A DNA stretch of 64,000 bases from Spirochaetia bacterium (lineage in GTDB: Bacteria; Spirochaetota; Spirochaetia; SZUA-6; Bin103). A program made the translations under genes and the position numbers. Location of the stretch: positions 2,560,001-2,624,000 of the forward strand of contig OZ241863.1 in the NCBI GenBank assembly GCA_965203055.1. Direction: 5' to 3'. The notes under the pieces were generated by a model, which worked only from the letters and a program-made list of their open reading frames with translations, was not told the DNA's origin and did no database searches. Below are positions 19,938 through 31,448 of the stretch, in pieces (position 1 is the first letter of the stretch; each line of letters begins with the position of its first letter).

Positions 19938-21050
19938 ATGGAGCACGTAACGACCCCCATTCCGAACGGGCCGCAGCACGGCGGACCGCAAGGCGCCAAT
20001 CTGGAAGCCTACGGCGACTGGGTGACCATAGACGTAGACGCCGGGCCGGCGGCGGGCGCCGGAACGCAACCGGCGGCCGCCGGAGCGGAGCCGGAGGTTG
20101 CCTGGCAGTTGCCGGACAGCAGGACCGCTCAGGAGCTGACGACCGCCGAAGAGGAACTGCTCGACCAGCTCGGCGAGCGCGAACGGGCAGCCGCCGCGGC
20201 CCTGCCGGCCGCCGCGCCCGCGCCGGCCGGCGCGGGCGCGCACGCCACCAACGCGGCGCTGGCCAAGCTCGAACGACAGCTTTCCTCGCTGAGCGCGGAG
20301 CTGAAGGCAGTCGGCCAGCAACTCGCGGAACTGCGCGGCCGGGCCGAGCCGGCCCCGGTGACGGCGCCGGAACCGGCCGGCGAACCCGCGCCGCCGCCGG
20401 AGAACGCCGCCGCCGCCGGCGGGGTTCCGCCGGCCATCACCCTGGAGGAGCTGGAGAGCGAGGCGGTCACGCCCGCGGTTGCCGCCGAGTGGGGCGCGCA
20501 AGCGCTTCCCGGTGACGGCGGCGCGGCGCTGGCCGGCGCAGCGCCTCCGGTTCCCGAGGCCGCGCCGGCGCCGGCCGCGCCGGCGGTGACGCTCGAACCG
20601 CCGGACGCCCCCGAACCGCAGGCGCCCGCCGCGCAGGAGGCCCCCGCGCAGGAGGCCCCCGCGCAGGAGGCCCCGATTGCGCCGCCGGCGACCGTTGCGC
20701 CGCCGGCCGCCGCCCAACCGCAGGCGCCGCCCCCGCCGCCGGCCGCGCCGGAAGCGCCGGGGGAAGCCGGCGGTCCGGTCAGCATCGCGGTCACGGTCGA
20801 TCCCGCGCCTGAGTTGCCGGCTGCCGCGTTCGGCCAGGCGGCGCCCGCCGGCCAACCGGCGCCGGGCGCCGGCGGCGCGATCCCCGGCGCGGAGATCAGC
20901 GGGGAGGTGCGGGCGGAGGTGCGTTCCGTGCTCGCCTACCTCGACCAGCTACTCGACGCCCTGCCGCCGGATAAGGTCAGGGAGTTCGCCCAGTCCGAAC
21001 ACTTCGCTACCTACAAGAAGCTGTTCAGGGAATTCGGCCTCGATGACTAG
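19938..21050 (+). CDS. Pro/Ala-rich hypothetical protein with a structured-looking C-terminal helical domain
   Basis: Long ORF with a low-complexity middle. The C-terminus VRSVLAYLDQLLDALPPDKVREFAQSEHFATYKKLF resembles a spirochaete-conserved tail. Confidence 0.65.
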   Translation: MEHVTTPIPNGPQHGGPQGANLEAYGDWVTIDVDAGPAAGAGTQPAAAGAEPEVAWQLPDSRTAQELTTAEEELLDQLGERERAAAAALPAAAPAPAGAGAHATNAALAKLERQLSSLSAELKAVGQQLAELRGRAEPAPVTAPEPAGEPAPPPENAAAAGGVPPAITLEELESEAVTPAVAAEWGAQALPGDGGAALAGAAPPVPEAAPAPAAPAVTLEPPDAPEPQAPAAQEAPAQEAPAQEAPIAPPATVAPPAAAQPQAPPPPPAAPEAPGEAGGPVSIAVTVDPAPELPAAAFGQAAPAGQPAPGAGGAIPGAEISGEVRAEVRSVLAYLDQLLDALPPDKVREFAQSEHFATYKKLFREFGLDD

Positions 21051-22326
21051 CGCCGCGGAGACCGTACCAATCACCCGGCGGAACCTCTCCCACCATCGGT
21101 TCCTGCTGCGGTTGTTCGGCTTTGCCGCGGCCGGCTTTCTGGTATTCCTGGTCGGCTTTCTCGCGGTCCGACTCTACTCGACCCGCGAGGCCGGCGGGCG
21201 CACTGCGGCCAGCCACTTCGAACTGGTCAACAGCGAGTTGACCAACATATATCTGACGCAGGATCTCGGCTTCGCCGACTTCATGGCGGGCAACGACCGG
21301 CTCGCCGGCTTCGGGGAGGCCGCGCAGCGGCTGATCGGCGAGGCCGGGCTGGCGGCGCTGATCCTGCGCGCGCCGGGCGGCCTGCTCTACGCCTATGCGC
21401 CGGAGCGCGCCCTGTTCGAACCCGCGCAGGGGCCGCCCCAGCGGCTGCGCCTGCCGAGCCTTCACACCATGTTCGCCGCGCCCTTCGCCGGCGACCCGGC
21501 GGCCACTCTGACCGCCTCCTACCGGCTGGTATCGCAGGAACACGCCTTTCGCATCGTGCGCGACGGGCTGTTCCTGGTGCTGGCGTTCCTGCTCGCCTGC
21601 GCCATTGCGCTGCTGCTGATCGTGACGCTGACGCCGCGCCCCCTCACCGAGTCGCCGCCCGCGCCGCCGTTGCCCGCCACTATCGGCGTATCGGCGGCGG
21701 CCGACGTATCGGCGACGCCCGCCGCTGACGGCATGCCCACGGCTGACGGCATACCTGTCACTGCCGGCGTACCGGCCGCGGCCAGCTTCCCGGCAGCGGC
21801 CGCCGGACCCGCCGCGGCGGCCATCCCGAGCAATGGCGGCGCATCCGCCGGCAACTACTACGGCCTGGAGCCGCAGGACCAGTTCGGGCACCGGCTGCGG
21901 TCCGAGCTGGAGCGCGCCGCCGCCTACCATACCGACCTCAGCGTCGCGCTCGGCGTCCTGCTGGCCGCGGAGGCCACCACCGACGACAGCTCGGCGCGCC
22001 TGGCGGACCTGGTGCGGGAGCTGGCGCCGCTCCCGGAGCTGGCCTTCGCCTACGGCACCGCGGGGTTCGCGCTGGTCCTGCCGGAGACCAATCTCGACGG
22101 CGCGATGGCGCAACTGGAACCGTGGCGCCGCAGGGCGGCCGCCGCCGGACTGAGCATCGCCATCGGCGTCGGCGACCGCAGCGGCCGCTACCTCGACGGC
22201 GACCGGCTGCTGCTGGAGGTGGAGCAGGCGCTCGGCCGCGCGATGGCCAACGGCGGCCACAACCTGGTGGCGTTTCGCGCCGATCCGGCCAAGTACCGGG
22301 TACTGGAAGGCGCCGTCGGGCGGTAG
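21043..22326 (+). CDS. membrane protein with a degenerate GGDEF-like domain
   Basis: Two TM segments. The C-terminus LRSELERA...AFAYGTAGFALVLPET...IAIGV follows the GGDEF fold pattern without the GGDEF motif. Confidence 0.6.
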   Translation: MTSAAETVPITRRNLSHHRFLLRLFGFAAAGFLVFLVGFLAVRLYSTREAGGRTAASHFELVNSELTNIYLTQDLGFADFMAGNDRLAGFGEAAQRLIGEAGLAALILRAPGGLLYAYAPERALFEPAQGPPQRLRLPSLHTMFAAPFAGDPAATLTASYRLVSQEHAFRIVRDGLFLVLAFLLACAIALLLIVTLTPRPLTESPPAPPLPATIGVSAAADVSATPAADGMPTADGIPVTAGVPAAASFPAAAAGPAAAAIPSNGGASAGNYYGLEPQDQFGHRLRSELERAAAYHTDLSVALGVLLAAEATTDDSSARLADLVRELAPLPELAFAYGTAGFALVLPETNLDGAMAQLEPWRRRAAAAGLSIAIGVGDRSGRYLDGDRLLLEVEQALGRAMANGGHNLVAFRADPAKYRVLEGAVGR

Positions 22327-22380
22327 CTCACCTGCGCCCGCCGGGCGCAGGCGCCGGGCGCGCCGCGCCTATAGCCTGGC

Positions 22381-23307
22381 CTAGTCGCGGAACGGAATCG
22401 CGATCTCCTGCAGGTCGCGGGTCAGGAAGGCGCCGGAGAACTCCGCCCGAGCCTCCCGCAGCAGGTGCTTCAGATCGCGCTCGGTGTAGCGCGGGCTGTA
22501 GTGGATCAGGCCCATGCGCCCTACCCGCGCCTTGCGGGCCAGAGCGCCGGCCTGGCGCGCGGTGAGGTGCTTCTTGTCGCGCGCGCTCTCGCGCAAGTCC
22601 TGGGCGAACATCCCCTCGCAGATCATCAGGTCCGCGTCCGCCACGAAGCCGTCGAGGCCGGACACCATCGCGGTGTCGGTCACGAACGCGAACTTGCGCC
22701 CGCGCCGCCGGGCGCCCATCACCTGGGACGACTCCACCACCCGGCCATCGTCCAGCGTGACCGCGGCGCCGCCCTGCAGCCGCCCCCACAGCGGCCCGCG
22801 CGGCACGCCGAGCGCCTCCGCGCGCTCGGGAAAGAACACCCCGGGGCGTTCATCCTCCACCAGCGTGTAGCCGAGACACGGCTTGGAGTGGCGCAGGCGA
22901 TAGGCGTGCACCTGGAAGCCGTCGCCGGCGACCAGCGGCCCGCTGTCGAAGGTCTCGTGGATCACGATCTCGTAGTTGATGTAGATGTCGAGCACGCGCA
23001 GACTCTGCTCCACGTAGGCGCGCACGCGCGGCGGCCCGTACACGTGCAGCGGCTCCGAGCGCTCCACCTGCGACGAGAGCGACAGCATGCCCGGCAGTCC
23101 GGTGACGTGGTCGGCGTGGGTGTGAGAGATGAAGATGTGCGAAATCTTCTTCCATCTCAGGTTGAGACGGCGGAACGCGATCTGGGTGGCCTCGCCGCAG
23201 TCGAACAGGAACAGATCGCCCTCGCGGCGCACCAGCACCGAGGTGAGCCCGCGGCCGGGCAGCGGCATCATCCCGCCGGTGCCAAGTATGAAGACCTCGA
23301 TATTCAT
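22381..23307 (-). CDS. rnz: ribonuclease Z
   Basis: LGTGGMMP, FDCGE, ISHTHADHVTG (HxHxDH), VTDT and HYSPRY motifs. Confidence 0.93.
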   Translation of the reverse strand: MNIEVFILGTGGMMPLPGRGLTSVLVRREGDLFLFDCGEATQIAFRRLNLRWKKISHIFISHTHADHVTGLPGMLSLSSQVERSEPLHVYGPPRVRAYVEQSLRVLDIYINYEIVIHETFDSGPLVAGDGFQVHAYRLRHSKPCLGYTLVEDERPGVFFPERAEALGVPRGPLWGRLQGGAAVTLDDGRVVESSQVMGARRRGRKFAFVTDTAMVSGLDGFVADADLMICEGMFAQDLRESARDKKHLTARQAGALARKARVGRMGLIHYSPRYTERDLKHLLREARAEFSGAFLTRDLQEIAIPFRD

Positions 23308-23382
23308 GCCGGGCCGCAGCGCGCGGGGCAAGTATAGCGACGCCGCCGGAGCGCCGGCAACCCGGCGACTCGCAACGCGCGA

Positions 23383-24366
23383 TCAGCGGCGGCGGCCCGA
23401 GCCCGCGGCGCGGGCCAGAAAGCTCCGCACGTTCGGGATCATGGCGGACAGGATGAGGATGATGCCGATCACGCCGGCCTGCAGGTGCCCGGTGATGTTG
23501 CTGAGCGACATGCCGTTGCGCAGGTAGAGCACGATGAGGATCGACAGGAGCACGCCGTAGATCGAGCCTGCGCCGCCGAAGATGCTCACCCCGCCGAGCA
23601 GCACGATCGTGATGATGTCGAGCTCGAAGCCGAGCCCCATGTCCCCCCGCACGGTGCCGAGGCGCGCCGCGAACAGGATTCCCGCCAGCGCGGAGAGCAG
23701 TCCGGAGGTCGTGAACAGGAGCAGCTTGACCCGCGCGACGTCGATGCCGGAGTAGCGGGCCACCTCCTGGTTGATGCCGATGACCTGCACCTGCCGGCCG
23801 AACCCGCTGTACCGCAGGACGATCACCGCCAGCACCAGCAGGCCGAAGAAGACCAGCAGGGAGAGCGGGAACGGGCCGAGCAGCGGCTGCTGGCCGAGCG
23901 CCTCGAACCAAGCCGGGAACTCCTTGATCGACCGGTCTTCGATGAGCACGCGGGCGAATCCCCGAAAGCCGATCAGCATCGCCAGCGTCACCACCAGCGA
24001 CGGCAGGCGCGCCGCGGTGATCCAGAACCCGTTGAACGCGCCGCCGAGAATCCCGACCAGGAGGCAGATGACCAGCGCCGCCGGCGTGGGGACGCCCTGC
24101 TGGATCAGCCAGCCGAGGGCGCAGGCGGAGAGCCCCATCATCGACGCGACCGAAAGGTCGATCTCTCCGTTCAGGATCACGAAGGTCATGATGAGGACGA
24201 CGATCACCTTCTCGATCGAGAGGGCGAAGAGGTTGATCTGGTTGTCGACGCTGAGAAAGGACGGGGAGGTGACGGCGTTCATCGCCACGATGAGGAGCAG
24301 CAGCAGGGCGAGGAATCCCTCCCAGCTTCTGAGTCGGGCGCCGAGCGCGGCCGCCACGCCGCTCAT
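23383..24366 (-). CDS. rhaQ: sugar ABC transporter permease (rhamnose-type)
   Basis: [16 protein letters not shown] and [12 protein letters not shown] motifs (CUT2-type permease). Confidence 0.75.
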   Translation of the reverse strand: MSGVAAALGARLRSWEGFLALLLLLIVAMNAVTSPSFLSVDNQINLFALSIEKVIVVLIMTFVILNGEIDLSVASMMGLSACALGWLIQQGVPTPAALVICLLVGILGGAFNGFWITAARLPSLVVTLAMLIGFRGFARVLIEDRSIKEFPAWFEALGQQPLLGPFPLSLLVFFGLLVLAVIVLRYSGFGRQVQVIGINQEVARYSGIDVARVKLLLFTTSGLLSALAGILFAARLGTVRGDMGLGFELDIITIVLLGGVSIFGGAGSIYGVLLSILIVLYLRNGMSLSNITGHLQAGVIGIILILSAMIPNVRSFLARAAGSGRRR

Positions 24367-25352
24367 CGGTTCCGCCGGCGCTTCATGAGCACGCTGTCGA
24401 GCGCGACCGAGGCCAGGATCAACAGGCCGAGCAGGGCGTCGCGCAGGAACTCGCTCACCTGCAGGGAGCGAATGAGGCTGTTTTCGAGGAGATCGATGAG
24501 GATCGCTCCCAGCACGGCGCCGAGGATGCTGCCGGAGCCGCCGAAGATGTTGACGCCGCCCACCACCACCGCGGCCACCGACTTGAGCTCCAGGCCGAGA
24601 CCCGCCACCACCGTGATGTTGCCGAACCGGGCCAGGAAGAGGAAACCGGCCAGCCCGGCCAGCGCCCCGCACAGCGTGAAGGCGGAGAACACGAGCCGCC
24701 GGGTCGGAAATCCGGCGCTGCGGGCGGCGTCGGGGTTCGAACCGATCGCGTAGAGCCGCCGGCCGAACGAGGAGTACCGGAGCAGGAGCTGGAAGAAGAC
24801 CGCCACGGCCAGCATGACCACCACCACCACCCGCAGATGCAACCGTCCCCAGCTCACCACGTTGAGGCGCGGGAGATCGAGCAGCCACTGGGGCAGGTCG
24901 ACCGTGAGGACCGTCTGCGCGCCGGAGTACTCGACCAGCAGGGTGCGGTAGAGGGCAAGGGTGCCGAGGGTGACGATGATGGCGGGCACCCGGCAGTAGG
25001 CGACCAGTACGCCGTTGCAGGCGCCGAGCGCGGCTCCCAGACCGACGCAGATCAGCACCGCCGCGAGCGGATGGATGTCGTTGGCGAGCGAGAGCTGGCG
25101 GCCCACGAAGTAGGCGGTGAAGCCGACGACGGAGCTGACGGAGAGGTCGATGTTGCGGGTGAGCACCACCAGCGTCTGGCCGATGGCGATGACGGCCAGG
25201 ATCGTGACGCTGGCCGACACTCGATTGAAGAGGCGAGCGCTCAGATAGTTCTCGATGAACAGGGAGAACCCGGCCAGCACCAGCACGATGAGCAGGACCA
25301 GCACGCCCTCGCGCCGCGTCTCCGCGCGCAGGCGGCCGGCGCCCGGTCTCAC
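24363..25352 (-). CDS. rhaP: sugar ABC transporter permease (rhamnose-type)
   Basis: [17 protein letters not shown] and [16 protein letters not shown] motifs. The GTG overlaps the ATPase stop. Confidence 0.75.
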   Translation of the reverse strand: MRPGAGRLRAETRREGVLVLLIVLVLAGFSLFIENYLSARLFNRVSASVTILAVIAIGQTLVVLTRNIDLSVSSVVGFTAYFVGRQLSLANDIHPLAAVLICVGLGAALGACNGVLVAYCRVPAIIVTLGTLALYRTLLVEYSGAQTVLTVDLPQWLLDLPRLNVVSWGRLHLRVVVVVMLAVAVFFQLLLRYSSFGRRLYAIGSNPDAARSAGFPTRRLVFSAFTLCGALAGLAGFLFLARFGNITVVAGLGLELKSVAAVVVGGVNIFGGSGSILGAVLGAILIDLLENSLIRSLQVSEFLRDALLGLLILASVALDSVLMKRRRNR

Positions 25353-26926
25353 GACGCCGTATCCTCGGCGGCGGCCGCCGCCGGCCGGCCCCGCGCGCCG
25401 GTCGCCAGCGACATGACCGCCTCCTGGGTCGCTTCGTCCCGCCCCAGGATGCCCATCTGCCGCCCCTCGCGCATGACCAGGGTACGGTCGCTCATCGCCA
25501 GTACCTCCGGCAGATCGGAGGAGATGAAGATGATCGCCATCCCTTCCCCGGCCAGCTCGCGCACCATGGCGTGGACCTCGGCCTTGGCCCCTACGTCGAT
25601 CCCCCGGGTCGGCTCGTCGAGGACGAGGATCCTCGGCCGGGTATTGAGCCACTTGCCGAACATCACCTTCTGCTGGTTGCCGCCGGAAAGCTTGCCGACC
25701 ACGTGCGCCACGGAGGGCGCCTTGATCCGCAGCCGTTGCCGGAACCCTTCGGCCGCCGCCTCTTCCCCGGCGCGGCGGATGAGGCCGATCCGGGAGAGAT
25801 ACCGGCGGAGCACCGGCAACGTCACGTTGGCCGTGATCGACAGCGGCATGGCGAGCCCGAACTTGCGGCGGTCCTCGGTCATGTAGGCGATGCCGAGCTG
25901 CTGGGCGGCCCGGGGCGAGGCGATCCGCCGTTCCCGGCCGTCGATCTCGACGGCGCCGCGGTCGGCCGGCTGCATGCCGAACAGGGCAAGGCCCACGTCC
26001 GTGCGGCGCGACCCGACCAGCCCCGCGAATCCCAGCACCTCGCCGGCGTGCAGGTCGAAGTCGATGCCGGCAAAGACCCCCTCCAGGCCAAGGCCGCGCA
26101 CCCGACAGACCCGCTTGCCGATCGTCCGCGCCGGCCGCACCCCGTAGAACTGGCTCACGTCCCGGCCGACCATGTCGCGGATCAGCAGGTCGCGCGTCAC
26201 CTCCGCCGCGAGGCGGGTGGAGACGTGCCGGCCGTCGCGCAACACCGTGATCCGGTCCGCGATGCGGAACACTTCCTCCAGCCGGTGGGTGATGAAGATC
26301 ACCGCCACCCCCCGGTCGCGCAACTGGCGGGCCACCCGGAAGAGCTGCTCGACTTCATGTTCGGAGAGCGATGCGGTCGGCTCGTCCATGATGAGCACCT
26401 TCACGTCGAGCGAGATCGCCTTGGCGATCTCCACCTGCTGCTGCGCCGCCAGCGTAAGCCCTCGGGCCGGCGCCCGCACCTCGAGCCGGACGCCAAGGCT
26501 CAGCAGTATCTCCTCGGCGGCCGCGTACCGGCGCCTCCAGTTGACCAGCAGCCCCTGCTCGCGGTGGGTAATGAAGATGTTTTCGGCCACGTCGAGATCG
26601 GGGAACAGCAGCGGCTCCTGGTAGACGGCCGCCAGCCCGCTGGCCTGCGCCTCCTGGGCGTTGGCAAGGCGCACGGCCGCGCCGCCCACGATCACCTCAC
26701 CGGCGTCGCTTTGTTCGACGCCGGTCAGGATCTTGATGAAGGTCGACTTGCCGGCGCCGTTCTCGCCGACCAGGGCGTGGACCTCACCCGCGTGGAGCGA
26801 CAGGGAGACCTCCCGGAGCGCCTGCGTCATGTCGAAGCGCTTGGAGAGACCGCGCACCTCTAGCACCGGCGCGGCGGGGGAGCGAGCGGCCGGCGCGCCG
26901 CCGGCTCCCGCCGCTCCCTCCGTCAC
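25349..26926 (-). CDS. rhaT: sugar ABC transporter ATP-binding protein (two NBDs)
   Basis: [22 protein letters not shown] and [12 protein letters not shown] motifs. Confidence 0.85.
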   Translation of the reverse strand: MTEGAAGAGGAPAARSPAAPVLEVRGLSKRFDMTQALREVSLSLHAGEVHALVGENGAGKSTFIKILTGVEQSDAGEVIVGGAAVRLANAQEAQASGLAAVYQEPLLFPDLDVAENIFITHREQGLLVNWRRRYAAAEEILLSLGVRLEVRAPARGLTLAAQQQVEIAKAISLDVKVLIMDEPTASLSEHEVEQLFRVARQLRDRGVAVIFITHRLEEVFRIADRITVLRDGRHVSTRLAAEVTRDLLIRDMVGRDVSQFYGVRPARTIGKRVCRVRGLGLEGVFAGIDFDLHAGEVLGFAGLVGSRRTDVGLALFGMQPADRGAVEIDGRERRIASPRAAQQLGIAYMTEDRRKFGLAMPLSITANVTLPVLRRYLSRIGLIRRAGEEAAAEGFRQRLRIKAPSVAHVVGKLSGGNQQKVMFGKWLNTRPRILVLDEPTRGIDVGAKAEVHAMVRELAGEGMAIIFISSDLPEVLAMSDRTLVMREGRQMGILGRDEATQEAVMSLATGARGRPAAAAAEDTAS

Positions 26927-26960
26927 GGTTCAGAGCTCATGGAGCGCGCGCCGCGCCGTG

Positions 26961-28001
26961 TCAGCGGGCCGCGGCCTCCACGTTGTTCCGGTCGTACACC
27001 GTGAACGGACCCATCAGCACCCGCAGTCCCTGCTCCCGGGTCGGATCTTCGTGGATGGTGTAGGTCCCCATGCGCCCGGCCTCGAAGGTCTCGCCCACGA
27101 CTCCCTCCATCTGCCCGGTGGCGATGAGATAGGTCACGTAGTAGGTGAGGTAGCCGAGATCGACGAAGCTCCAGAGCGCGAACTCCGGGGCGCAGCCGTT
27201 CATGGTGAAGCTCACCATCTCCGCCGGCAGGCCAAGGCCGCTCACCTTGATCTCGTCGCAGAGGTCCTCGTCCTGCAGCGCCTTGGCGGCGGCGGCGATG
27301 CCCACCGTGGTCGGGGCCATGATCAGCTCCATGTTCGGATACTTGTCGATGAGCGCCAATGCCTGGTTGTAGCTCTTCTCCGACTGATCGTCCCCGTAGA
27401 CCACGTCCACGAGATTGACCGCGGCGTACTTGGGATCCTCGAGGGCGTTCTCCATGGCGGCGATCCAGGAGTTCTGATTGGCGGCGTCCGGGGTCGCGGA
27501 GAGGACGGCGAAGTCGCCGCCGCCGGCGCCCAGAATGTTGAGCGCCATGTCGGCCATCACCACCCCGGTTTCGTCGAAGTCGACCTGGGCGACGAACACC
27601 TGTTCGCCCTTCGCCGACGGGATCTGAGAATCCCACGTCACCACCGTCAGCCCCCTGGCGCGCGCGGCGCGGGCGGCGGGGGCGATCTGGTCGCCGGCAT
27701 TGTTGGAGATCATGATGCCGTCCTGGCCCTGCGTGGCGGCGGTCGTCACGATCTCGATCTGGCCCGCTACGCTGTTCTCCGGGGTGGGTCCGATGAACTC
27801 CAGCGTACCCGGATTGCCGAGCTCCTCGTGCGCCTCCCGAGCTCCGGCATGCGCCTGGTCGAAGACCAGGATGCCGATGAACTTCGGCAGCAGGACGAGA
27901 TCGGCCTCCATGCCCTTCTTGGCCATGACCTGAGCGTTGGCGTAGCCCGCGCCCAGGAGCAGAGCGATTGCCGAAGCGGCAATAATTCGTCGGCGATTCA
28001 T
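26961..28001 (-). CDS. rhaS: sugar ABC transporter substrate-binding protein (rhamnose-type)
   Basis: Signal peptide and [32 protein letters not shown] and GLGLPAEM motifs are typical of RhaS-like binding proteins. Confidence 0.75.
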   Translation of the reverse strand: MNRRRIIAASAIALLLGAGYANAQVMAKKGMEADLVLLPKFIGILVFDQAHAGAREAHEELGNPGTLEFIGPTPENSVAGQIEIVTTAATQGQDGIMISNNAGDQIAPAARAARARGLTVVTWDSQIPSAKGEQVFVAQVDFDETGVVMADMALNILGAGGGDFAVLSATPDAANQNSWIAAMENALEDPKYAAVNLVDVVYGDDQSEKSYNQALALIDKYPNMELIMAPTTVGIAAAAKALQDEDLCDEIKVSGLGLPAEMVSFTMNGCAPEFALWSFVDLGYLTYYVTYLIATGQMEGVVGETFEAGRMGTYTIHEDPTREQGLRVLMGPFTVYDRNNVEAAAR

Positions 28002-28132
28002 TTGACAGCCTCCGATATGGTGGTGTGGTACTGCGTTGCCAGCTTGGCAGGGCTCGGCGAGCAAGTCAAATCGGCGTGCCCTCCCCCTGGGATGATCTCG
28101 CGTTAGGGGCGGCGGCCGGGTACACTGGCCTC

Positions 28133-31100
28133 GTGGCCTACTTCACGACTTCGCCAACGATTCTGCCCAACCGCCCGCCGCGCATCGGCGAGCTGGTCGA
28201 GGTGCGCTCGCGCCGCTGGCTGGTGGAAGCGGTCGAGTCTCATCCGCTGTCCGACCGGGTGAGCCTGGCCTGCGCCGACGACGATGCCCAGGGCGAGACC
28301 ATGGAGGTCTACTGGGACCTGGAGCTCGACCGCCGCATCCTGGCGCAGGAGGGGTGGAGCGGCCTGGGCGCCAAGGGCTTCGACCCGCCGCAGCAGTTCG
28401 GCGCGTTCCTGCGCACGCTGCGCTGGAACTGCGTCACCGCCACCGATCCCAACCTGTTCCAGGCGCCGTTCCGGGCCGGCATCAAGATCGACGCCTACCA
28501 GATGGAACCGTTGCGCAAGGCGTTGCGCCTGGCCCGCGTCAACCTGTTCATCGCCGACGACACCGGCCTGGGCAAGACGATCGAAGCCGGCCTGATCGCC
28601 CGCGAGCTGATGCTGCGCAGGAAGGCGCGCACCGTGGTCGTGGCCGCCCCGGCCTCGGTGCTGGAGCAGTGGAAGGCGGAGCTGGAGGAACGGTTCGGGC
28701 TCCTGTTCGTGATCCTCGACCGCGCCTACCTGGCGGGGATGCGCCGCGAGCGCGGCTTCGGGGTCAATCCGTGGACCACCCACAGCCGCTTCATCGTGTC
28801 GCACAACCTGCTGATCGATCCGGCCTACGCCGATCCGCTGCGCGTGCGGCTCGGCCCCCTGGCGCCCGGCAGCCTGTTGATCCTGGACGAAGCCCACCAC
28901 GCGGCGCCGTCCAGCGGCGGGCGCTACGGCATCGAGACCCGGTTCACCCGCGCGGTGCGCGATCTGGGCGGCCGCTTCGAGCACCGCCTGTTCCTGTCCG
29001 CCACCCCGCACAACGGCCACTCCAACAGCTTCGCCACCCTGCTGGAGCTGCTCGATCCCTACCGCTTCACGCGCGGCGTGCCGGTGCGCGGCCGCGGCGC
29101 CCTGGACGAGGTGATGGTGCGCCGCATCAAGGAGGACCTGCGCGCGCTGCAGGGCGGATTCCCCCAGCGCGAGGTGCGCCGGATCGTGATCGACGGGCTG
29201 CCTGAGGAGGCGCCGGAACTGGTGCTGTCGCGGCTGCTCGACGAGTACCGCGGGGTGCGGGAGGAGCGGCTGCAGGCGATTCCGGCGCGGGAGCGCGCCG
29301 CCGCCGGGCTGCTGGTGGTGGGCCTGCAGCAGCGGCTGCTGTCGTCGATCGAGGCGTTCGCCATCTCGCTCCGGCGGCATCGCCGGACGGTCCGGGAGCA
29401 GTGGGAGCGGGCGGCGGCGAACGGCGAAGGGCGCGGCGCGGAGCAGGCCGCGGCGGACCTTGGCGCCGCGGTCGCTGAGGGCGCGGCGGCCCGGTTCGCC
29501 AGGCCGCCGGACGCCGACGACGAGCGCTCGGAGCAGACCGACGACGAGCGCGCGGCCGACGATGCGGTCCAGGTAGAGGCGGTCAATGCCGCAGCCGAGC
29601 GGGCCGCGGCCGGGCGCGCCGCGGTCAGGACGCCGGACGCCGCGGCGCTGTGGCGCCGGGAACAGGCGCTGCTGGAGCGGATGGAGCAGGCGGCGGACGC
29701 CGCGCGCGGCCGGCCCGACGCCAAGACGCGCGCGCTGGTCCGCTGGATCGAGGAGCATCTGTGCCCCGACCGGCCGCGCTGGAACCACCGGCGGGTGCTG
29801 ATCTTCACCGAGAACGTGGTCGGCACCAAGCGCTACCTGCGCGAGATGCTGGAGCAGGCCGTGGCCGGCACCGAGCTGGCCGAGGAGCGGATCGAGACGA
29901 TCGACGGCCAGACCACCGGCGCCAACCGCCGGGAGCTGCAGCGCCGCTTCAACGCCGACCCGGCGCAGGACCCGCTGCGCATCCTGATCGCCACCGACGC
30001 CGCGCGCGAGGGGCTCAACTTCCAGGCCCACTGCACCGACCTGTTTCACTTCGACCTGCCGTGGAATCCGGGCCGGATCGAGCAGCGCAACGGCCGCATC
30101 GACCGCAAGCTGCAACCGGCGCCGCGCGTGCGCTGCCACTACTTCGCGCTGCCGCAACGCGCCGAGGACCGCGTGCTGGAAGTGCTGGTGCGGAAGACGG
30201 AGACGATCAAGCGCGAGTTGGGCAGCCTCTCCCAGGTGATCGACGACGCCATCGAGCGCCGCCTGCGCGGCGGCATCCGCCACGCCGAAGCGGGGCGCCT
30301 GGCGCGGGCGATCGAAGCGGCCGACCTGGACCGGCAGAAGAAGCGGGTCGCGGCCGAGGAGCTGGAGGCGGCGCGGGCGCGGCAGGAGGACCTCAAGGAG
30401 CAGATCGAGCGCTGCCGCGGCCTGCTCGACCGCTCGCGCCGCTGGGCGCAGTTCACGCCGGAGCCGTTTCGCGCCGCGCTCTCCTGCTCGCTCGCCCTGA
30501 TCGGCGCCGAACCGCTGCGGGAAGGGCGCGCCGCGGACGGCGCGCCGGTATGGACCTTCCCGACGCTGACCGGCCAGGCGCGCGCGGACGCGAGCTGGGC
30601 CGTCACCCTGGACACGCTGCGCGCGCCGCGCAAGCGCAACCAGAAGCTGGCCGATTGGCGGCGCGATACGCCGCTCCGCCCGGTGGTGTTCGAGGATGCC
30701 GGCGTGCTCACCGACGCGACCGTGCACCTGCACCTGGAACAGCGCATGGCGCAGCGCCTGCTGGCCCGCTTCCGCGCCCAGGGCTTCATCCGTCACGACC
30801 TGTCCCGCGCCTGCCTGGTGGAGGCCGCCGACTCGATCCCGCGGGTGATCCTGCTGGGCCGGCTGTGCCTGTACGGGCGCGGCGCCGAGCGCCTGCACGA
30901 GGCCCTGACGCCGGTCGCCGCGCGCTGGATCGAGCCGTCGCGCCGTACCGGGCCGCTGCGGGCGTACGCCGGGGAGACCGAGGCGCGCACCCTCGAACGG
31001 CTGGAGGACGCGCTGCAGGACGCCCGAGCGCCCGGCGGCATGATCCCCCACCGACTGCTGGCCGTCGCCGACCGGGACATGGAAGAGCTGCTGCCGCAGC

Positions 31101-31441
31101 TCGAAGAGCGCGCCGGGAGCGCCGCCGCGAGCGCTGTGGAGGGTTTGCGCCGGCGTGGAGAGAGCGAAGCGCGGCAGCTCCGCGAGACCCTGGAACGCCA
31201 GCGCCGGCGGGTGCGGGCGGAGCTCGACCGGCACGACGCGGAGGCGGCGCAGCTCACCATTGAGTTCAGCGACGAGGAGCAGCGCCAGCGCCGGGCCGAC
31301 GTCGCCGCCTGGCGCCGCCGCCTCACGCAGTTCGACCGCGACCTGGAAACCGAACCGGCTCGCATCCGCGACTTCTACGAAGTGCGCGCGCAACGGGTCG
31401 AACCGGTGGGTCTGGTCTACCTGTGGCCGGACACCGGCTGA
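28133..31441 (+). CDS. drmD: DISARM SNF2-like helicase DrmD
   Basis: [49 protein letters not shown] and C-terminal [10 protein letters not shown]. First gene of the DISARM order. Confidence 0.92.
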   Translation: MAYFTTSPTILPNRPPRIGELVEVRSRRWLVEAVESHPLSDRVSLACADDDAQGETMEVYWDLELDRRILAQEGWSGLGAKGFDPPQQFGAFLRTLRWNCVTATDPNLFQAPFRAGIKIDAYQMEPLRKALRLARVNLFIADDTGLGKTIEAGLIARELMLRRKARTVVVAAPASVLEQWKAELEERFGLLFVILDRAYLAGMRRERGFGVNPWTTHSRFIVSHNLLIDPAYADPLRVRLGPLAPGSLLILDEAHHAAPSSGGRYGIETRFTRAVRDLGGRFEHRLFLSATPHNGHSNSFATLLELLDPYRFTRGVPVRGRGALDEVMVRRIKEDLRALQGGFPQREVRRIVIDGLPEEAPELVLSRLLDEYRGVREERLQAIPARERAAAGLLVVGLQQRLLSSIEAFAISLRRHRRTVREQWERAAANGEGRGAEQAAADLGAAVAEGAAARFARPPDADDERSEQTDDERAADDAVQVEAVNAAAERAAAGRAAVRTPDAAALWRREQALLERMEQAADAARGRPDAKTRALVRWIEEHLCPDRPRWNHRRVLIFTENVVGTKRYLREMLEQAVAGTELAEERIETIDGQTTGANRRELQRRFNADPAQDPLRILIATDAAREGLNFQAHCTDLFHFDLPWNPGRIEQRNGRIDRKLQPAPRVRCHYFALPQRAEDRVLEVLVRKTETIKRELGSLSQVIDDAIERRLRGGIRHAEAGRLARAIEAADLDRQKKRVAAEELEAARARQEDLKEQIERCRGLLDRSRRWAQFTPEPFRAALSCSLALIGAEPLREGRAADGAPVWTFPTLTGQARADASWAVTLDTLRAPRKRNQKLADWRRDTPLRPVVFEDAGVLTDATVHLHLEQRMAQRLLARFRAQGFIRHDLSRACLVEAADSIPRVILLGRLCLYGRGAERLHEALTPVAARWIEPSRRTGPLRAYAGETEARTLERLEDALQDARAPGGMIPHRLLAVADRDMEELLPQLEERAGSAAASAVEGLRRRGESEARQLRETLERQRRRVRAELDRHDAEAAQLTIEFSDEEQRQRRADVAAWRRRLTQFDRDLETEPARIRDFYEVRAQRVEPVGLVYLWPDTG

Positions 31442-31448
31442 CGGACAG

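Noticed and set aside
20629..20675. 15-bp tandem repeat (AQEAP x3)
   Set aside because: Ordinary low-complexity linker inside a Pro/Ala-rich protein.
23383..28001. AI-2 (Lsr) transporter interpretation
   Set aside because: Binding-protein motifs fit the rhamnose-type better and no lsrK/lsrR is nearby. The substrate is still unproven.
28103..31393. Long antisense or alternative-frame ORFs (e.g. 28103-31393, 53898-56912, 35366-37339, 15279-17354, 10288-11724)
   Set aside because: These are shadows of real genes caused by high GC3 and carry no recognisable motifs.
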